Of a stretch of 64,000 bases of DNA, positions 26,451 through 36,001 are shown piece after piece (positions within the stretch are counted from its first letter, which is position 1; each line of letters starts with the position of its first letter). The notes below the pieces were generated by a model, which did no database searches, had not been told where the DNA came from, and saw only the letters and a program-made list of their open reading frames with translations. This stretch comes from an uncultured Oscillospiraceae bacterium. GTDB lineage: Bacteria > Bacillota > Clostridia > Oscillospirales > Ruminococcaceae. The DNA lies in contig CAJTQM010000001.1 of NCBI GenBank assembly GCA_910578255.1, positions 27,488-91,487 on the forward strand. Reading direction: 5' to 3'. The position numbers were made by a program, and so were the translations under genes.

Positions 26451-27908
26451 ATGCAGAAAAACCTTTTCACCAAGTATTTTACCATCTGCGTTGGGATCAT
26501 TTTAGCCAGCATCACCGTTTTGGGGGCATTGCTGATGGGCTTTGCCTCTCAGTATTTTCGGGGCGATAAACTGAAGGTGCTGGACCGCTACGTCGATCAG
26601 GCGACCGTTTTAACTCTGACCGACTATCAGAAAAACAACTATTTATATATTGATGAAACCACCCTCGATTCGGTGTATACCGTATTGGCCGACGCCATTG
26701 AGGCGACGATTTTTCTCTCCGACACCGAGGGGAAGATTTTAATCTGCACCAATGAGGAAATTTTTGCCGCGTCGCCGGCGAAGATCCCGGAGGCGGTGCT
26801 CAAGCAGGCAGCGTCCGGCAGCTTTCAGGATACCGGACGGTTAGGCGGCGCTTATAAAAAGCGAAATTACACCGTGGCGCGCCCCATCGGTCTTCCCAAC
26901 GGGCAGATTACCGGCTTTGTTTTCGTCAGCGCCTCTTCCAAAAGCCTAAGCGTATTTTTGGGCCAGCTTTTAAATATGTTCCTGTTAAGTTCTTTGACCA
27001 TGGTGGTCATCGCGTTTATCGTCATCTATTTTGTCACCGCCCGGATGGTCAAGCCCCTAAGAGATATGCTGGCGGCGACCCAAAGCTTTTCCAGGGGAGA
27101 CTATACGGTCCGGGTGCAGGTGGGCAGCAGCGATGAAATCGGACAGCTGGCCCAGGAGTTTAACGATATGGCCCAGGCGCTGGCCCGCAACGAGGCCATG
27201 AACCGCAGCTTTGTGGCCAACGTCTCCCACGAGTTAAAAACGCCTATGACCACCATCGGCGGCTTTGTGGACGGAATTTTAGACGGGACCATCCCGGAGG
27301 AAAAGCACCGGCAGTATCTGGCAATTGTGTCCGAGGAGGTCAAGCGCCTGTCGAGGATGGTGCGTTCTATGCTGGATCTGGCGAAAATTGAGGCGGGAGA
27401 GATGAAGCTGAACCCTTCCCAATTCGATTTAAACAACACGGTCTGCCAGGTGATTTTCAGCTTCGAGCAGGCCATCGAGGCCAAGCATCTGGATATTATC
27501 GGCCTGGATGTGGACAAGGTCTTGGTCAGCGCCGACCCGGATTTGATCCATCAGGTGATTTATAACCTGATTGAAAACGCGGTGAAGTTTGTCAACGACG
27601 GCGGTTATATCGAGGTCAAATACCACACGGACAGCGCACGGACCTTGGTGGCCATCCGCAATTCCGGCGCGGGTATCGCCCCGCAGGATTTATCCAACGT
27701 GTTCGAGCGCTTTTACAAAACCGACCGGTCCCGCAGCCAGGACAAAAGCGGTGTAGGTCTTGGCCTTTACATTGTGCGCACGGTGATTCAGCTGCACGGC
27801 GGAGAAATCCACGCCAACTCCAAAGAAGGGGAGTACACCGAGTTCGCTTTCTCCCTCCCCCACGCCGGCACAAAAAATTCACAGAATTTATTTAGAAAAA
27901 ACGGATAA
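26451..27908 (+). CDS. Sensor histidine kinase (2 TM, HAMP, HisKA, HATPase_c)
   Basis: H-box FVANVSHELKTP, N-box NLIENAVKF, G-boxes RNSGAGI and GVGLGL. Confidence 0.9.
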   Translation: MQKNLFTKYFTICVGIILASITVLGALLMGFASQYFRGDKLKVLDRYVDQATVLTLTDYQKNNYLYIDETTLDSVYTVLADAIEATIFLSDTEGKILICTNEEIFAASPAKIPEAVLKQAASGSFQDTGRLGGAYKKRNYTVARPIGLPNGQITGFVFVSASSKSLSVFLGQLLNMFLLSSLTMVVIAFIVIYFVTARMVKPLRDMLAATQSFSRGDYTVRVQVGSSDEIGQLAQEFNDMAQALARNEAMNRSFVANVSHELKTPMTTIGGFVDGILDGTIPEEKHRQYLAIVSEEVKRLSRMVRSMLDLAKIEAGEMKLNPSQFDLNNTVCQVIFSFEQAIEAKHLDIIGLDVDKVLVSADPDLIHQVIYNLIENAVKFVNDGGYIEVKYHTDSARTLVAIRNSGAGIAPQDLSNVFERFYKTDRSRSQDKSGVGLGLYIVRTVIQLHGGEIHANSKEGEYTEFAFSLPHAGTKNSQNLFRKNG

Positions 27909-28032
27909 TTCCCCAAGTTTTTTAAAATGTCCGTTACGTAATGGACACAATTGTTTTTTATAATGGGGGCAATAAAAAAACAGCCGGGTCTTTAAGACCC
28001 AGGGCTTTTCCCGGATAAAAGGAGGAAGAAGT

Positions 28033-29529
28033 ATGAATGATATGGAAAGAAACGGCATGGACGGCACTTTCGAGGAGAACGGCCCGGCACAGTCCTCAGA
28101 GCCTGAGCGGCAGCCGGAATCCGCCGCCGGCGATCCGGCCGCCAATTCCCAGCCCTACCGCTACCAGCCGCCGGCCGGCGCGCCGCAGAATCCGCCGCTT
28201 TACGGCGGCTATGGCCAGGCGCAGCCGCCCTATACCGATCAATGGACTTTTCCGGAATACGCCGCGCCCCAAAAGCCTAAGGAAAAAAAGAAAGGCAGAG
28301 GTCTTAAAATCTTCGCTGGAATCATCGGCGCCGTTTTGGGACTGGCTTTGGTGAGTTTTGCGGCGTTCGGGATCTACAGCTTTGTCATGCAGCCCGGCGA
28401 TCTCTCGGAGCCGCCGTCTCAGTCGCAGCAGGGCAGCACCGGCCCCCAGGTGAATGGGAATGTACCGGAGCTTGAGAAAAACTCGAAGCCGTCGGATAAT
28501 ACCGTATCCGCCGACGGAATTCTGACGACGGCCCAGATCAACAAAAAGGTTTCGCCGTCGGTGGTGGGGATTGTCCAATATCGGTCTAATTATTTCCAGC
28601 CAACCGGCCAGGGCTCTGGTATCATCCTGTCGGAGGATGGCTACATCGCCACCAATGCGCATGTCATTGAAAACGCCGATAGTCTGGAGGTCGTTTTAAG
28701 CAACGGAGAGACCTATAAGGGCACCGTTGTGGGTTACGACAAAAAAACCGACCTGGCGGTGGTGAAGATCGACGCTTCCGGCCTGACCGCGGCGGAACTG
28801 GGCGTATCCGGCGAACTGGAGGTAGGGGAAAAGGCCATCGTCATCGGCAACCCCGGCGGCCTGACCTACGCGGGCTCTGTTTCCGAAGGGATCATCTCCG
28901 GGCTGAACCGGTCTTTGCGGGCGGCCAATGAAGGGTACACCATGAACTTTATCCAGACCGATGCGGCAATAAGCCCCGGCAACTCCGGCGGCGCGTTGGT
29001 CAATGAATTCGGTCAGGTGGTGGGGATCAACTCCCAGAAGCTGGCGGAGGACGGTTACGAGGGCATCGGTTTTGCCATTCCCATCGACGAGGCGCTGCCG
29101 GTTTTGGAGGACCTGATGCGGTATGGCCGGGTCACCGGCCGGGTGAAGCTGGGCGTTACCGCCTACGCGGTCAATGAGTATGTGGCCAGCGTCAACGGGA
29201 TCCCCAGCGGCATTTTAATCGACACCATTGAGTCAGACTCCTCTCTGCTGGCCGCCGGGATCCAGTCCGGCGACATCATCACCCAGGTGGAGGGCACGCC
29301 AGTCAACAGCTTTATCGGCCTGTCCGACCTGCTGCGCGGGTATAAGCCCGGCGACCAGGTGACCATGACCATCTTCCGCGCCAGCCAGTCCATCGGCGGC
29401 TCCCGCTATGGCTATTCCTACGGCGGGCAGACGGTGCAGGGCACCACCTTCGAGGTGAAGGTGACCCTGATGGAGGATACGGGAACCACCGCCTCTTCCG
29501 GACTGCAGAGCAACAGCACCCAGGGATAG
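28033..29529 (+). CDS. HtrA/DegP-type S1C serine protease with PDZ domain
   Basis: Catalytic triad context TNAHV, DLAVVK and GNSGGAL. The N-terminus is Pro/Gln-rich, followed by one TM helix, and the C-terminus is a PDZ domain. Confidence 0.88.
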   Translation: MNDMERNGMDGTFEENGPAQSSEPERQPESAAGDPAANSQPYRYQPPAGAPQNPPLYGGYGQAQPPYTDQWTFPEYAAPQKPKEKKKGRGLKIFAGIIGAVLGLALVSFAAFGIYSFVMQPGDLSEPPSQSQQGSTGPQVNGNVPELEKNSKPSDNTVSADGILTTAQINKKVSPSVVGIVQYRSNYFQPTGQGSGIILSEDGYIATNAHVIENADSLEVVLSNGETYKGTVVGYDKKTDLAVVKIDASGLTAAELGVSGELEVGEKAIVIGNPGGLTYAGSVSEGIISGLNRSLRAANEGYTMNFIQTDAAISPGNSGGALVNEFGQVVGINSQKLAEDGYEGIGFAIPIDEALPVLEDLMRYGRVTGRVKLGVTAYAVNEYVASVNGIPSGILIDTIESDSSLLAAGIQSGDIITQVEGTPVNSFIGLSDLLRGYKPGDQVTMTIFRASQSIGGSRYGYSYGGQTVQGTTFEVKVTLMEDTGTTASSGLQSNSTQG

Positions 29530-29535
29530 ACAAGT

Positions 29536-29571
29536 AAAAAAAGGACCCGGCAATCTGCCGGGTCCTTTTTC
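29536..29571. terminator. Bidirectional terminator
   Basis: A7-GGACCCGGC ... GCCGGGTCC-T5 between convergent genes. Confidence 0.85.
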
Positions 29572-29573
29572 GT

Positions 29574-30332
29574 TTATTCCGGAAGGGGATACAGCATTTT
29601 CATCCCTTCTTCGCTATGCAGTAAAAAAACCAGGTTGGAACACGGGTAATCCTCCGGGGAAAACGGACGGCTGCCCCCTTCGGTCACCGAAAAAATATGA
29701 GAAAAGTGAGGGAAAAATCGGTTCATTTCCGGATCAATCCCGTCGTTTTGCGGGTTGTAGATGGAATAGTAAAAGGCGAAATTGGTCAGAGGGGCTAGGC
29801 TATGGATTCTCTCGTCGGTCGTAAACATTTTTTCGGCTTTTTTCTCCGGGATAAAAAACCGGTAAACGGTGCCCTCCGAAAGAAAATAAAGCAGATACCG
29901 GTCATTGTAGGTATAGCCTTCGATGGGCGCGGTGTGCTGGTAGTATACCTCGTCCTCCCCGTTTGCAAGATGCCGGTAAATGATGTCCCGATCCCATTCA
30001 TTGTGACCCTTCGAATATAAGACGTTCCACGGGCTGCCCGGGTTAAAGTAGCGTTCCTCGGAAAAATATTCTTCGTAGGTCATGTCGTATGGGGATTGGA
30101 AGGAGGCGTTGTTTCGCTCCCCTGCGCTTTCCTCGGGCGAAGAGACGGCAGAAACGTTTTCCTCGGGCGGGGAGGAGGCGGAAGAACTTTCTTCGGCGGG
30201 AAGAGAGACGCTCTGCTCCGGGACGGAATCCTCGGGCAGGGAAAAGTCATCGGAGGAAAGTCCGGACGACGCCTGGCATCCGGCAAAAAGCAGAGCCAGA
30301 GAAAAAAGAAAGGCGTACACGGTCTTTTTCAT
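29574..30332 (-). CDS. Lipoprotein, function unknown (shares an N-terminal module with the 30384-31391 product)
   Basis: Lipobox LLFAGCQ followed by a Ser/Pro/Glu linker. RBS is AAAGGAG. Confidence 0.65.
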   Translation of the reverse strand: MKKTVYAFLFSLALLFAGCQASSGLSSDDFSLPEDSVPEQSVSLPAEESSSASSPPEENVSAVSSPEESAGERNNASFQSPYDMTYEEYFSEERYFNPGSPWNVLYSKGHNEWDRDIIYRHLANGEDEVYYQHTAPIEGYTYNDRYLLYFLSEGTVYRFFIPEKKAEKMFTTDERIHSLAPLTNFAFYYSIYNPQNDGIDPEMNRFFPHFSHIFSVTEGGSRPFSPEDYPCSNLVFLLHSEEGMKMLYPLPE

Positions 30333-30383
30333 GCTTAAAGCTCCTTTCTTAAGGGCAAAGGCCAGCGCGCAATGGCCTTTTGG

Positions 30384-31391
30384 TTACCGATAATATGCAA
30401 TATGGTCTATTGAATAAGTTTCAAACATTTGCTTTTTTGTCAACTGCCGGATATACACTTTTTGATCGCCAAAAATATTGGAATCATAAAGAATATATGC
30501 TGTGGAATACCATCCAGCTACTATCACAGTATGCTGATTCCCAAGTTTCTTGTCTTTGAAGTTGAGACGGAGCAAACTTCCTCTGGGATAATATGTTATA
30601 ATGTTATACATTTCATCTTCACTTGTAGTGGATGGGTATACTCGATAGTACCACCTGTTGTAATAAGTTGACGGTGCACGATTATGAATACGAGAGAATA
30701 CAACAATTGCAAAATTTTGGCAGAATTGCGCACTAACACTAGGATCATCTATATATCTATCTCCATACCGAAAACCAGATTCGTTAATGGGTATAGATGT
30801 ACTCCCAATAGTAGTACTGTACGCGGGTAATAATAGGCCCCCATCAACTGCCGTACGAGCTAATAACATTTCAGGGTTTTTGGCTATTTCGGATTTCCCT
30901 TCATTTGCATCAAATAAATAATATGTGCCGTTATGAATTTCTTCGATGCAAAAAGTTACAGCAGACGACTTGGCTGTTGCTTTTTTCCAGAGAATTTTAT
31001 GAGATGTAATAGGATAAAATTCTTCCATATCTGGTGCGTAAAACATAAAATCTATTTTTTGAGATTTTACATGGTACCGATAAACAGAATGATTTATCGA
31101 AAAGAACATTAACTCGGAATTACCAACAGAATCATCCACTTTGTTATTATTATAGAATAAATCTGAGTTGCGTTTTTGAAGTGAATATGCAGAAGTTGAT
31201 GCCCTAAAGTTCATAAATGATTTAGATTTTGTAATCTCATCCTTATAAAAGAAATGTTCATACTGGAAATAGTCCTCATAATTTAGTTGATTTTGTGGCA
31301 AAAGAGTTTTATCTACCTCATTTGCAACGGCAAATCCAATAGATGAAAGAACCATTAAAATTGCACAACAAAGAGAGATAAACTTTTTCAT
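30384..31391 (-). CDS. Secreted protein with a C-terminal CHAP/NlpC-P60-like cysteine peptidase pattern, in an AT-rich islet
   Basis: Signal peptide MKKFISLCCAILMVLSSIGFAVA. The C-terminal ~130 aa show SAQFCQNF ... GSLLRLNF ... GNQHTVIVAG ... ILYDSN, a Cys, His, Asp/Asn order as in CHAP domains. RBS is AAGGAGG. Confidence 0.6.
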   Translation of the reverse strand: MKKFISLCCAILMVLSSIGFAVANEVDKTLLPQNQLNYEDYFQYEHFFYKDEITKSKSFMNFRASTSAYSLQKRNSDLFYNNNKVDDSVGNSELMFFSINHSVYRYHVKSQKIDFMFYAPDMEEFYPITSHKILWKKATAKSSAVTFCIEEIHNGTYYLFDANEGKSEIAKNPEMLLARTAVDGGLLLPAYSTTIGSTSIPINESGFRYGDRYIDDPSVSAQFCQNFAIVVFSRIHNRAPSTYYNRWYYRVYPSTTSEDEMYNIITYYPRGSLLRLNFKDKKLGNQHTVIVAGWYSTAYILYDSNIFGDQKVYIRQLTKKQMFETYSIDHIAYYR

Positions 31392-31639
31392 GATGAAACC
31401 TCCTTATTTTTTTACAGCGAAAAGAAATGTGCGCGCTTCATTTCTTTTGTTAAAATACGTAAATTCTATAAAAATATTATATAATCTATAGAAATGTTTT
31501 CCAATCTTTTCTTTTGTTGCAAACGCCGCTCTTTTCCGATACAATAAAAACAACAGAATTGCCGCTCTTGTCTTTGCTTTGACAAAGGGGGCGGGCGGCT
31601 TTTGTCCCGACCGGTGTTTTTTGTGAGGAGGCGCGTTTT

Positions 31640-32578
31640 ATGTTTGCCATCGTGTTCCAGCAGGTTTTCATCATGTTTTTGCTGATGCTCATCGGCTTTG
31701 TTTACGCAAAGGCCACCCGGATGAAAAAAGAGGAGTGCAACCGCATCTGCAACATCCTTTTGATGATCGTCACCCCCTGCCTTTTGTTAAGCAATCTCCA
31801 GCGGCCGTTCCAACAAGAAATCCTCTGGCAGATGCTTTTTTCTCTGGCACTGGCTCTCGCTTCCTCCTTTATCGCGATTTTGGTGGCGCGTTTTTTGTTT
31901 CTGCCCGGGCAGAAGGGGGAAAACCGCCGGATCGAGCGGTACGGCGCCAGCTTTGGCAACGTGGGCTTTATCGGCATCCCGCTGGTCACCGGCATTTTCG
32001 GCGCGGAATACGCGGTGTACGCCGTGGTTTTTGTGGTGGCTTTTCACGTGCTGTCCTGGACGGTGGGGGTAGGCATCCTCAAGGGATCCTTTAAACAGAT
32101 GTCCTGGAAAGAAGCGCTGATCAATCCCGGGGTACTCAGCTGCCTGGTGGCGGTGCCGCTGTTTGTTTTGAACATTACGCTTCCTTCCCCCATCGGACCG
32201 GCGGTCAACTATCTTTCTTCGTTAAACACGCCGCTGGCCATGCTGGTATGCGGATTTTTCATCGCCGGCGTGGACTGGAAGCGGTTTGGGGAAAAGGGAG
32301 TGCTGTACACCGCCCTCATCCGGCTGGTGCTGATCCCCCTTTTGACCATGCTTTTATACTGGGCGCTGGGGGTTCACCGCTGGCTGGCGGATGGTCCGAC
32401 CCTGGTGCTGGTCAACCTGATCGCCGGCGCCTGTCCGTCGGCCATCGCCACCAGCATGATGGCCGCCCGCTACGGGCTGGACGGGGAATACGCCTCGGTG
32501 ATTGTGGCGGTGACGACGGTAGGCTGCCTTATTACCGTGCCGCTGATCGCCATGGCGGGCCAGTTCATCTTTGTCTGA
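31640..32578 (+). CDS. AEC (auxin efflux carrier) family transporter
   Basis: 312-aa, 10-TM-like protein. The N-terminus FQQVFIMFLLMLIGF and the overall pattern are typical of the AEC family. RBS is GAGGAGG. Confidence 0.75.
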   Translation: MFAIVFQQVFIMFLLMLIGFVYAKATRMKKEECNRICNILLMIVTPCLLLSNLQRPFQQEILWQMLFSLALALASSFIAILVARFLFLPGQKGENRRIERYGASFGNVGFIGIPLVTGIFGAEYAVYAVVFVVAFHVLSWTVGVGILKGSFKQMSWKEALINPGVLSCLVAVPLFVLNITLPSPIGPAVNYLSSLNTPLAMLVCGFFIAGVDWKRFGEKGVLYTALIRLVLIPLLTMLLYWALGVHRWLADGPTLVLVNLIAGACPSAIATSMMAARYGLDGEYASVIVAVTTVGCLITVPLIAMAGQFIFV

Positions 32579-32710
32579 TTCGCCTCCCTTTTGTACAGCG
32601 GGATGGCGGAAAATCTTCTGTAAAGCCTGCGTGTTTTTTGGGATTCTGCACAGAATTACCCCGGAAATCACGCAGGTTTTTTCTGGATTGGGAAAAAATG
32701 CGCAAAGTGG

Positions 32711-32739
32711 TTGACAAATTGAGTTAGCGGAAGTAAACT
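32711..32739 (+). promoter_or_regulatory. Promoter TTGACA-17-TAAACT of the feo operon
   Basis: Consensus -35. An 18-bp perfect palindrome follows immediately downstream. Confidence 0.5.
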
Positions 32740-32753
32740 ATAGTCAGTCAAAC

Positions 32754-32771
32754 AGTTAGATCATGCTAACT
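32754..32771. promoter_or_regulatory. 18-bp perfect palindrome AGTTAGATCATGCTAACT (candidate operator)
   Basis: It sits between the feo promoter and feoA. A related half-site, AGTTAGC, lies in the promoter spacer at 32722-32728. Confidence 0.45.
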
Positions 32772-32815
32772 AAAAGAGCAAGCACCTGAATCAGATGCGA
32801 GAGGAGAGGTTGGAT

Positions 32816-33025
32816 ATGCCGTTGACCATGGCTGCGTCCGGCGAAATCAACACGGTTAAAAGGATTAATGGAAAGGATGAAACCAGACGCTTTTTGGAAA
32901 ATCTGGGATTTGTAAAGGGCGGACAGGTGCAGGTGATTGCAAAAATCAGCGGAAATCTGATCGTCAATGTCAAAGACACCAGAATCGCGTTAAGCCAAAG
33001 CATGGCCAACCGGATTCTGGTTTAA
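32816..33025 (+). CDS. feoA: FeoA family protein
   Basis: ~69 aa with an SH3-like FeoA pattern (RRFLENLGFVKGGQVQVI) at the head of the feo operon. Confidence 0.8.
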   Translation: MPLTMAASGEINTVKRINGKDETRRFLENLGFVKGGQVQVIAKISGNLIVNVKDTRIALSQSMANRILV

Positions 33026-33069
33026 AACGCCGGATCCCGGCGGTTTACATCGAAGAAAGAAGGGGTAAG

Positions 33070-33291
33070 ATGAAAACACTCAAGCAGACCAAATGCGGCG
33101 AAACGGTCACGGTTGCCCGGCTGGACGGGGAAGGGGCTTTAAAGCGCCGGATCATGGACATGGGCATCACCAAGGGAACCGCTGTTTATGTGCGCAAGGT
33201 GGCCCCCTTAGGCGACCCGGTGGAAATTACCGTCCGCGGCTACGAGTTGTCCATCCGCAAATCGGACGCGGAAAATATTTTGGTAGAGTAA
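33070..33291 (+). CDS. feoA: FeoA family protein (second copy)
   Basis: 73 aa with G..V.V.RL.GEG..KRRIMDMGITKG..V.V, the classic FeoA pattern. Confidence 0.85.
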   Translation: MKTLKQTKCGETVTVARLDGEGALKRRIMDMGITKGTAVYVRKVAPLGDPVEITVRGYELSIRKSDAENILVE

Positions 33292-33321
33292 ACGGCGGCT
33301 GTTTATTTTTTTCACCATTGG

Positions 33322-33335
33322 TTAGCGAATGCTAA
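33322..33335. promoter_or_regulatory. Palindrome TTAGCGAATGCTAA between feoA2 and feoB (candidate operator)
   Basis: It has the same TTAGC/GCTAA arms as the upstream site. Confidence 0.35.
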
Positions 33336-33383
33336 TTAAAAAACTGCGCAGCCGTTTCAGGCGGCGAAAGGAGTTTGAGGAAT

Positions 33384-35561
33384 ATGGCGATTAAAATCGC
33401 GCTTGCAGGAAATCCCAACTGCGGCAAAACCACCCTATTTAACAGTCTGACGGGGGCCAATCAGTTCGTGGGAAACTGGCCCGGCGTGACGGTGGAGAAA
33501 AAAGAGGGAAAACTCAAAGGCCATAAAGATATCATCGTCACCGACCTGCCCGGCATTTATTCTCTGTCCCCCTATACGCTGGAGGAGGTGGTGACCCGAA
33601 ACTACCTGATCGAGGAAAAGCCGGATGTGATTTTAAACCTGGTGGATGCTTCCAACATCGAGCGAAACCTCTATCTGACCACCCAGCTGGCTGAAATGGG
33701 CGTTCCGATGGTGGTCGCCTTAAACATGATGGACGTGGTCCGCAAAAACGGCGATCAGATTGATACCAAAAAGCTGTCCGAGGCGCTGGGCTGCCCGGTA
33801 ATCGAGACGGCGGCGGTCAAGGGCGAAGGATGTATGCAGGCGGCAGAGGCAGCGATTGCCGCGGCCCAATCCGGCGGCGTCTTCCGGCACTGCCACGCTT
33901 TCGACGATGCGGTGGAAAACGCCCTGTCCGAAATCGAGTCGCTGATGGCCGGGCTGATCCCCCAGACGAGCGCCCGCTGGTTTGCGGTCAAGCTTTTGGA
34001 GCGGGACGAAAAGGTATTGGCGTCCCTTTCCTTGGCGGAAAATCTGCAAATTCAGCTGGAGGAGATCATCTCCAAACTGGAGAAGGAAAAGGAGGACGAC
34101 AGCGAGAGCATCATCACCAACGAGCGGTACGACGCCATTGCCAAGCTGGTGAAACGCTGTGTCAAAAAGAAAGAATCCGGCTTGAGCGTTTCGGATAAAA
34201 TCGACCGGATTGTCACCAACCGCTGGCTGGGCCTGCCAATTTTCGCGGCGGTGATGACGCTGGTATACTTTATCTCCTGGACCACCGTCGGCACCCTGGT
34301 CACCGATTTTACCAACGATACCCTGTTCGGTGAGTGGATCAGCCCCGCGGTGGAGAATTTCCTGGTCAGCCTGGGCACCGCCGACTGGCTGGTGGGGCTG
34401 GTAGTCGAGGGCGTTGTAGGCGGCGTTGGCGCGGTATTGGGCTTTGTCCCCCAGATGCTGGTGCTTTTCCTGCTTTTGTGCCTGTTGGAGGACTGCGGCT
34501 ATATGGCCCGCATCGCCTTTATGATGGACCGGATCTTCCGCCGCTTCGGCCTGTCCGGCAAATCCTTTATCCCGATGCTTATCGGTACCGGCTGCGGCGT
34601 TCCCGGGGTCATGGCCTCCCGAACCATCGAACAGGACCGGGATCGGAAAATGACCGTTATGACCACCACCTTTATCCCCTGCGGCGCAAAAATGCCCATT
34701 GTGGGGCTGATCGCCGGCGCCATCTTCGGCGGCGCCTGGTGGGTGGCGCCCTCCGCTTACTTTATCGGCGTCGGGGCCATCGTCGTTTCCGGCATCCTTT
34801 TAAAGAAAACCAAACTGTTTGCGGGAGATCCGGCTCCCTTTGTGATGGAGCTGCCCGCCTACCATGCGCCTACGCTGGTTAACACCCTGCGCGGTACCTG
34901 GGAACGGGGCTGGTCCTTCATAAAAAAAGCCGGCACCATCATCCTGCTGGCCAGTATCCTTGTCTGGTTCGGTAAGAGCTTCGGCTTTGTGGACGGCTCC
35001 TTCGGTATGGTAGAGGATATGGACGCTTCGCTGCTGGCGGCGGTGGGCAGCTTTGTGGCCCCTCTTTTCGCGCCTTTGGGCTTTGGCAACTGGCAGTCCA
35101 CCGTCGCGACGGTTCTGGGCCTGGTGGCCAAAGAAGAGGTGGTCGGTGTGTTCGGCGTTTTGTACGGTGTTTCCGGCAACGCGCTGGAACTGGTGGAGGA
35201 AGGCGCCTTCAACGAACTGGGTCCCATCGCCCAGCATTTTACCGCCCTTTCCGCCTATTCGTTTTTAATCTTTAATCTTCTGTGCGCCCCCTGCTTCGCC
35301 GCTATGGGCGCCATCAAGCGGGAAATGAACAACGCCAAGTGGACCTGGTTTGCCATCGGCTACCAGACGGTATTCGCCTATACGATTTCGCTGATTGTTT
35401 ACCAGCTGGGATTGCTGTTTACCGGCGGCAGCTTCGGCGTCGGGACCCTGGCCGCCCTGATTCTGGTGGTGGGATACATCTGGCTTTTGGCCCGCAAGGG
35501 TCAGGAAGGCGCGGAAAAATCCGCCCGCTCGGTTCAGGCGGTGGGCGCGGGTGCTGACTAA
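33384..35561 (+). CDS. feoB: Ferrous iron transporter FeoB
   Basis: G-domain IALAGNPNCGKTTLFN and DLPG.YSL, followed by the polytopic gate-motif region. ATG lies 10 nt after AAAGGAG. Confidence 0.93.
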   Translation: MAIKIALAGNPNCGKTTLFNSLTGANQFVGNWPGVTVEKKEGKLKGHKDIIVTDLPGIYSLSPYTLEEVVTRNYLIEEKPDVILNLVDASNIERNLYLTTQLAEMGVPMVVALNMMDVVRKNGDQIDTKKLSEALGCPVIETAAVKGEGCMQAAEAAIAAAQSGGVFRHCHAFDDAVENALSEIESLMAGLIPQTSARWFAVKLLERDEKVLASLSLAENLQIQLEEIISKLEKEKEDDSESIITNERYDAIAKLVKRCVKKKESGLSVSDKIDRIVTNRWLGLPIFAAVMTLVYFISWTTVGTLVTDFTNDTLFGEWISPAVENFLVSLGTADWLVGLVVEGVVGGVGAVLGFVPQMLVLFLLLCLLEDCGYMARIAFMMDRIFRRFGLSGKSFIPMLIGTGCGVPGVMASRTIEQDRDRKMTVMTTTFIPCGAKMPIVGLIAGAIFGGAWWVAPSAYFIGVGAIVVSGILLKKTKLFAGDPAPFVMELPAYHAPTLVNTLRGTWERGWSFIKKAGTIILLASILVWFGKSFGFVDGSFGMVEDMDASLLAAVGSFVAPLFAPLGFGNWQSTVATVLGLVAKEEVVGVFGVLYGVSGNALELVEEGAFNELGPIAQHFTALSAYSFLIFNLLCAPCFAAMGAIKREMNNAKWTWFAIGYQTVFAYTISLIVYQLGLLFTGGSFGVGTLAALILVVGYIWLLARKGQEGAEKSARSVQAVGAGAD

Positions 35562-35591
35562 AAGCTTTTGCGAAAGAAAGGAGCGCGGATC

Positions 35592-35768
35592 ATGGGTACA
35601 TGGATTGTTCTGGGCATCTTGGCCGCCGGCGTTGTGCTGGCCCTGCGGTCGGTTCGAAAAAGCGTTCGGGATGGCGGATGCCCCGGCGGCTGTTCCGGCT
35701 GCTCGGGCGGTTGCCACTGCCATTCGGCAGAGTTGGAGGCCCGGCGCGCAAAAAACCGTAGTTTTTGA
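35592..35768 (+). CDS. FeoB-associated Cys-rich membrane peptide
   Basis: 58 aa with one TM helix followed by GGCPGGCSGCSGGCHCH. It sits immediately after feoB, the usual position. Confidence 0.75.
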   Translation: MGTWIVLGILAAGVVLALRSVRKSVRDGGCPGGCSGCSGGCHCHSAELEARRAKNRSF

Positions 35769-35811
35769 TTCCCTCTTATTTCCTCCCCTTACAAATAAAG
35801 TGACCTTAAGG

Positions 35812-35842
35812 AAAAAAGGCGGCCGACAGGACGCCTTTTTTC
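35812..35842 (+). terminator. Terminator after the feo operon
   Basis: AAGGCG ... CGCCTT short stem followed by TTTTTT. Confidence 0.5.
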
Positions 35843-36001
35843 TGTTAAAATCGCCGCACAGAAAAACAAAAAATGGAAATTTTGAAAAATATCTGGAAAC
35901 TCTCCGGCTTTTTTGCTATTATAAAGATAGCTAATCTGCGGCCTTTGGCAAAACCGTTCGTGGCTGTCCGGCGATTTAAGTGCTAAGAAGGAGGGGGAAG
36001 G

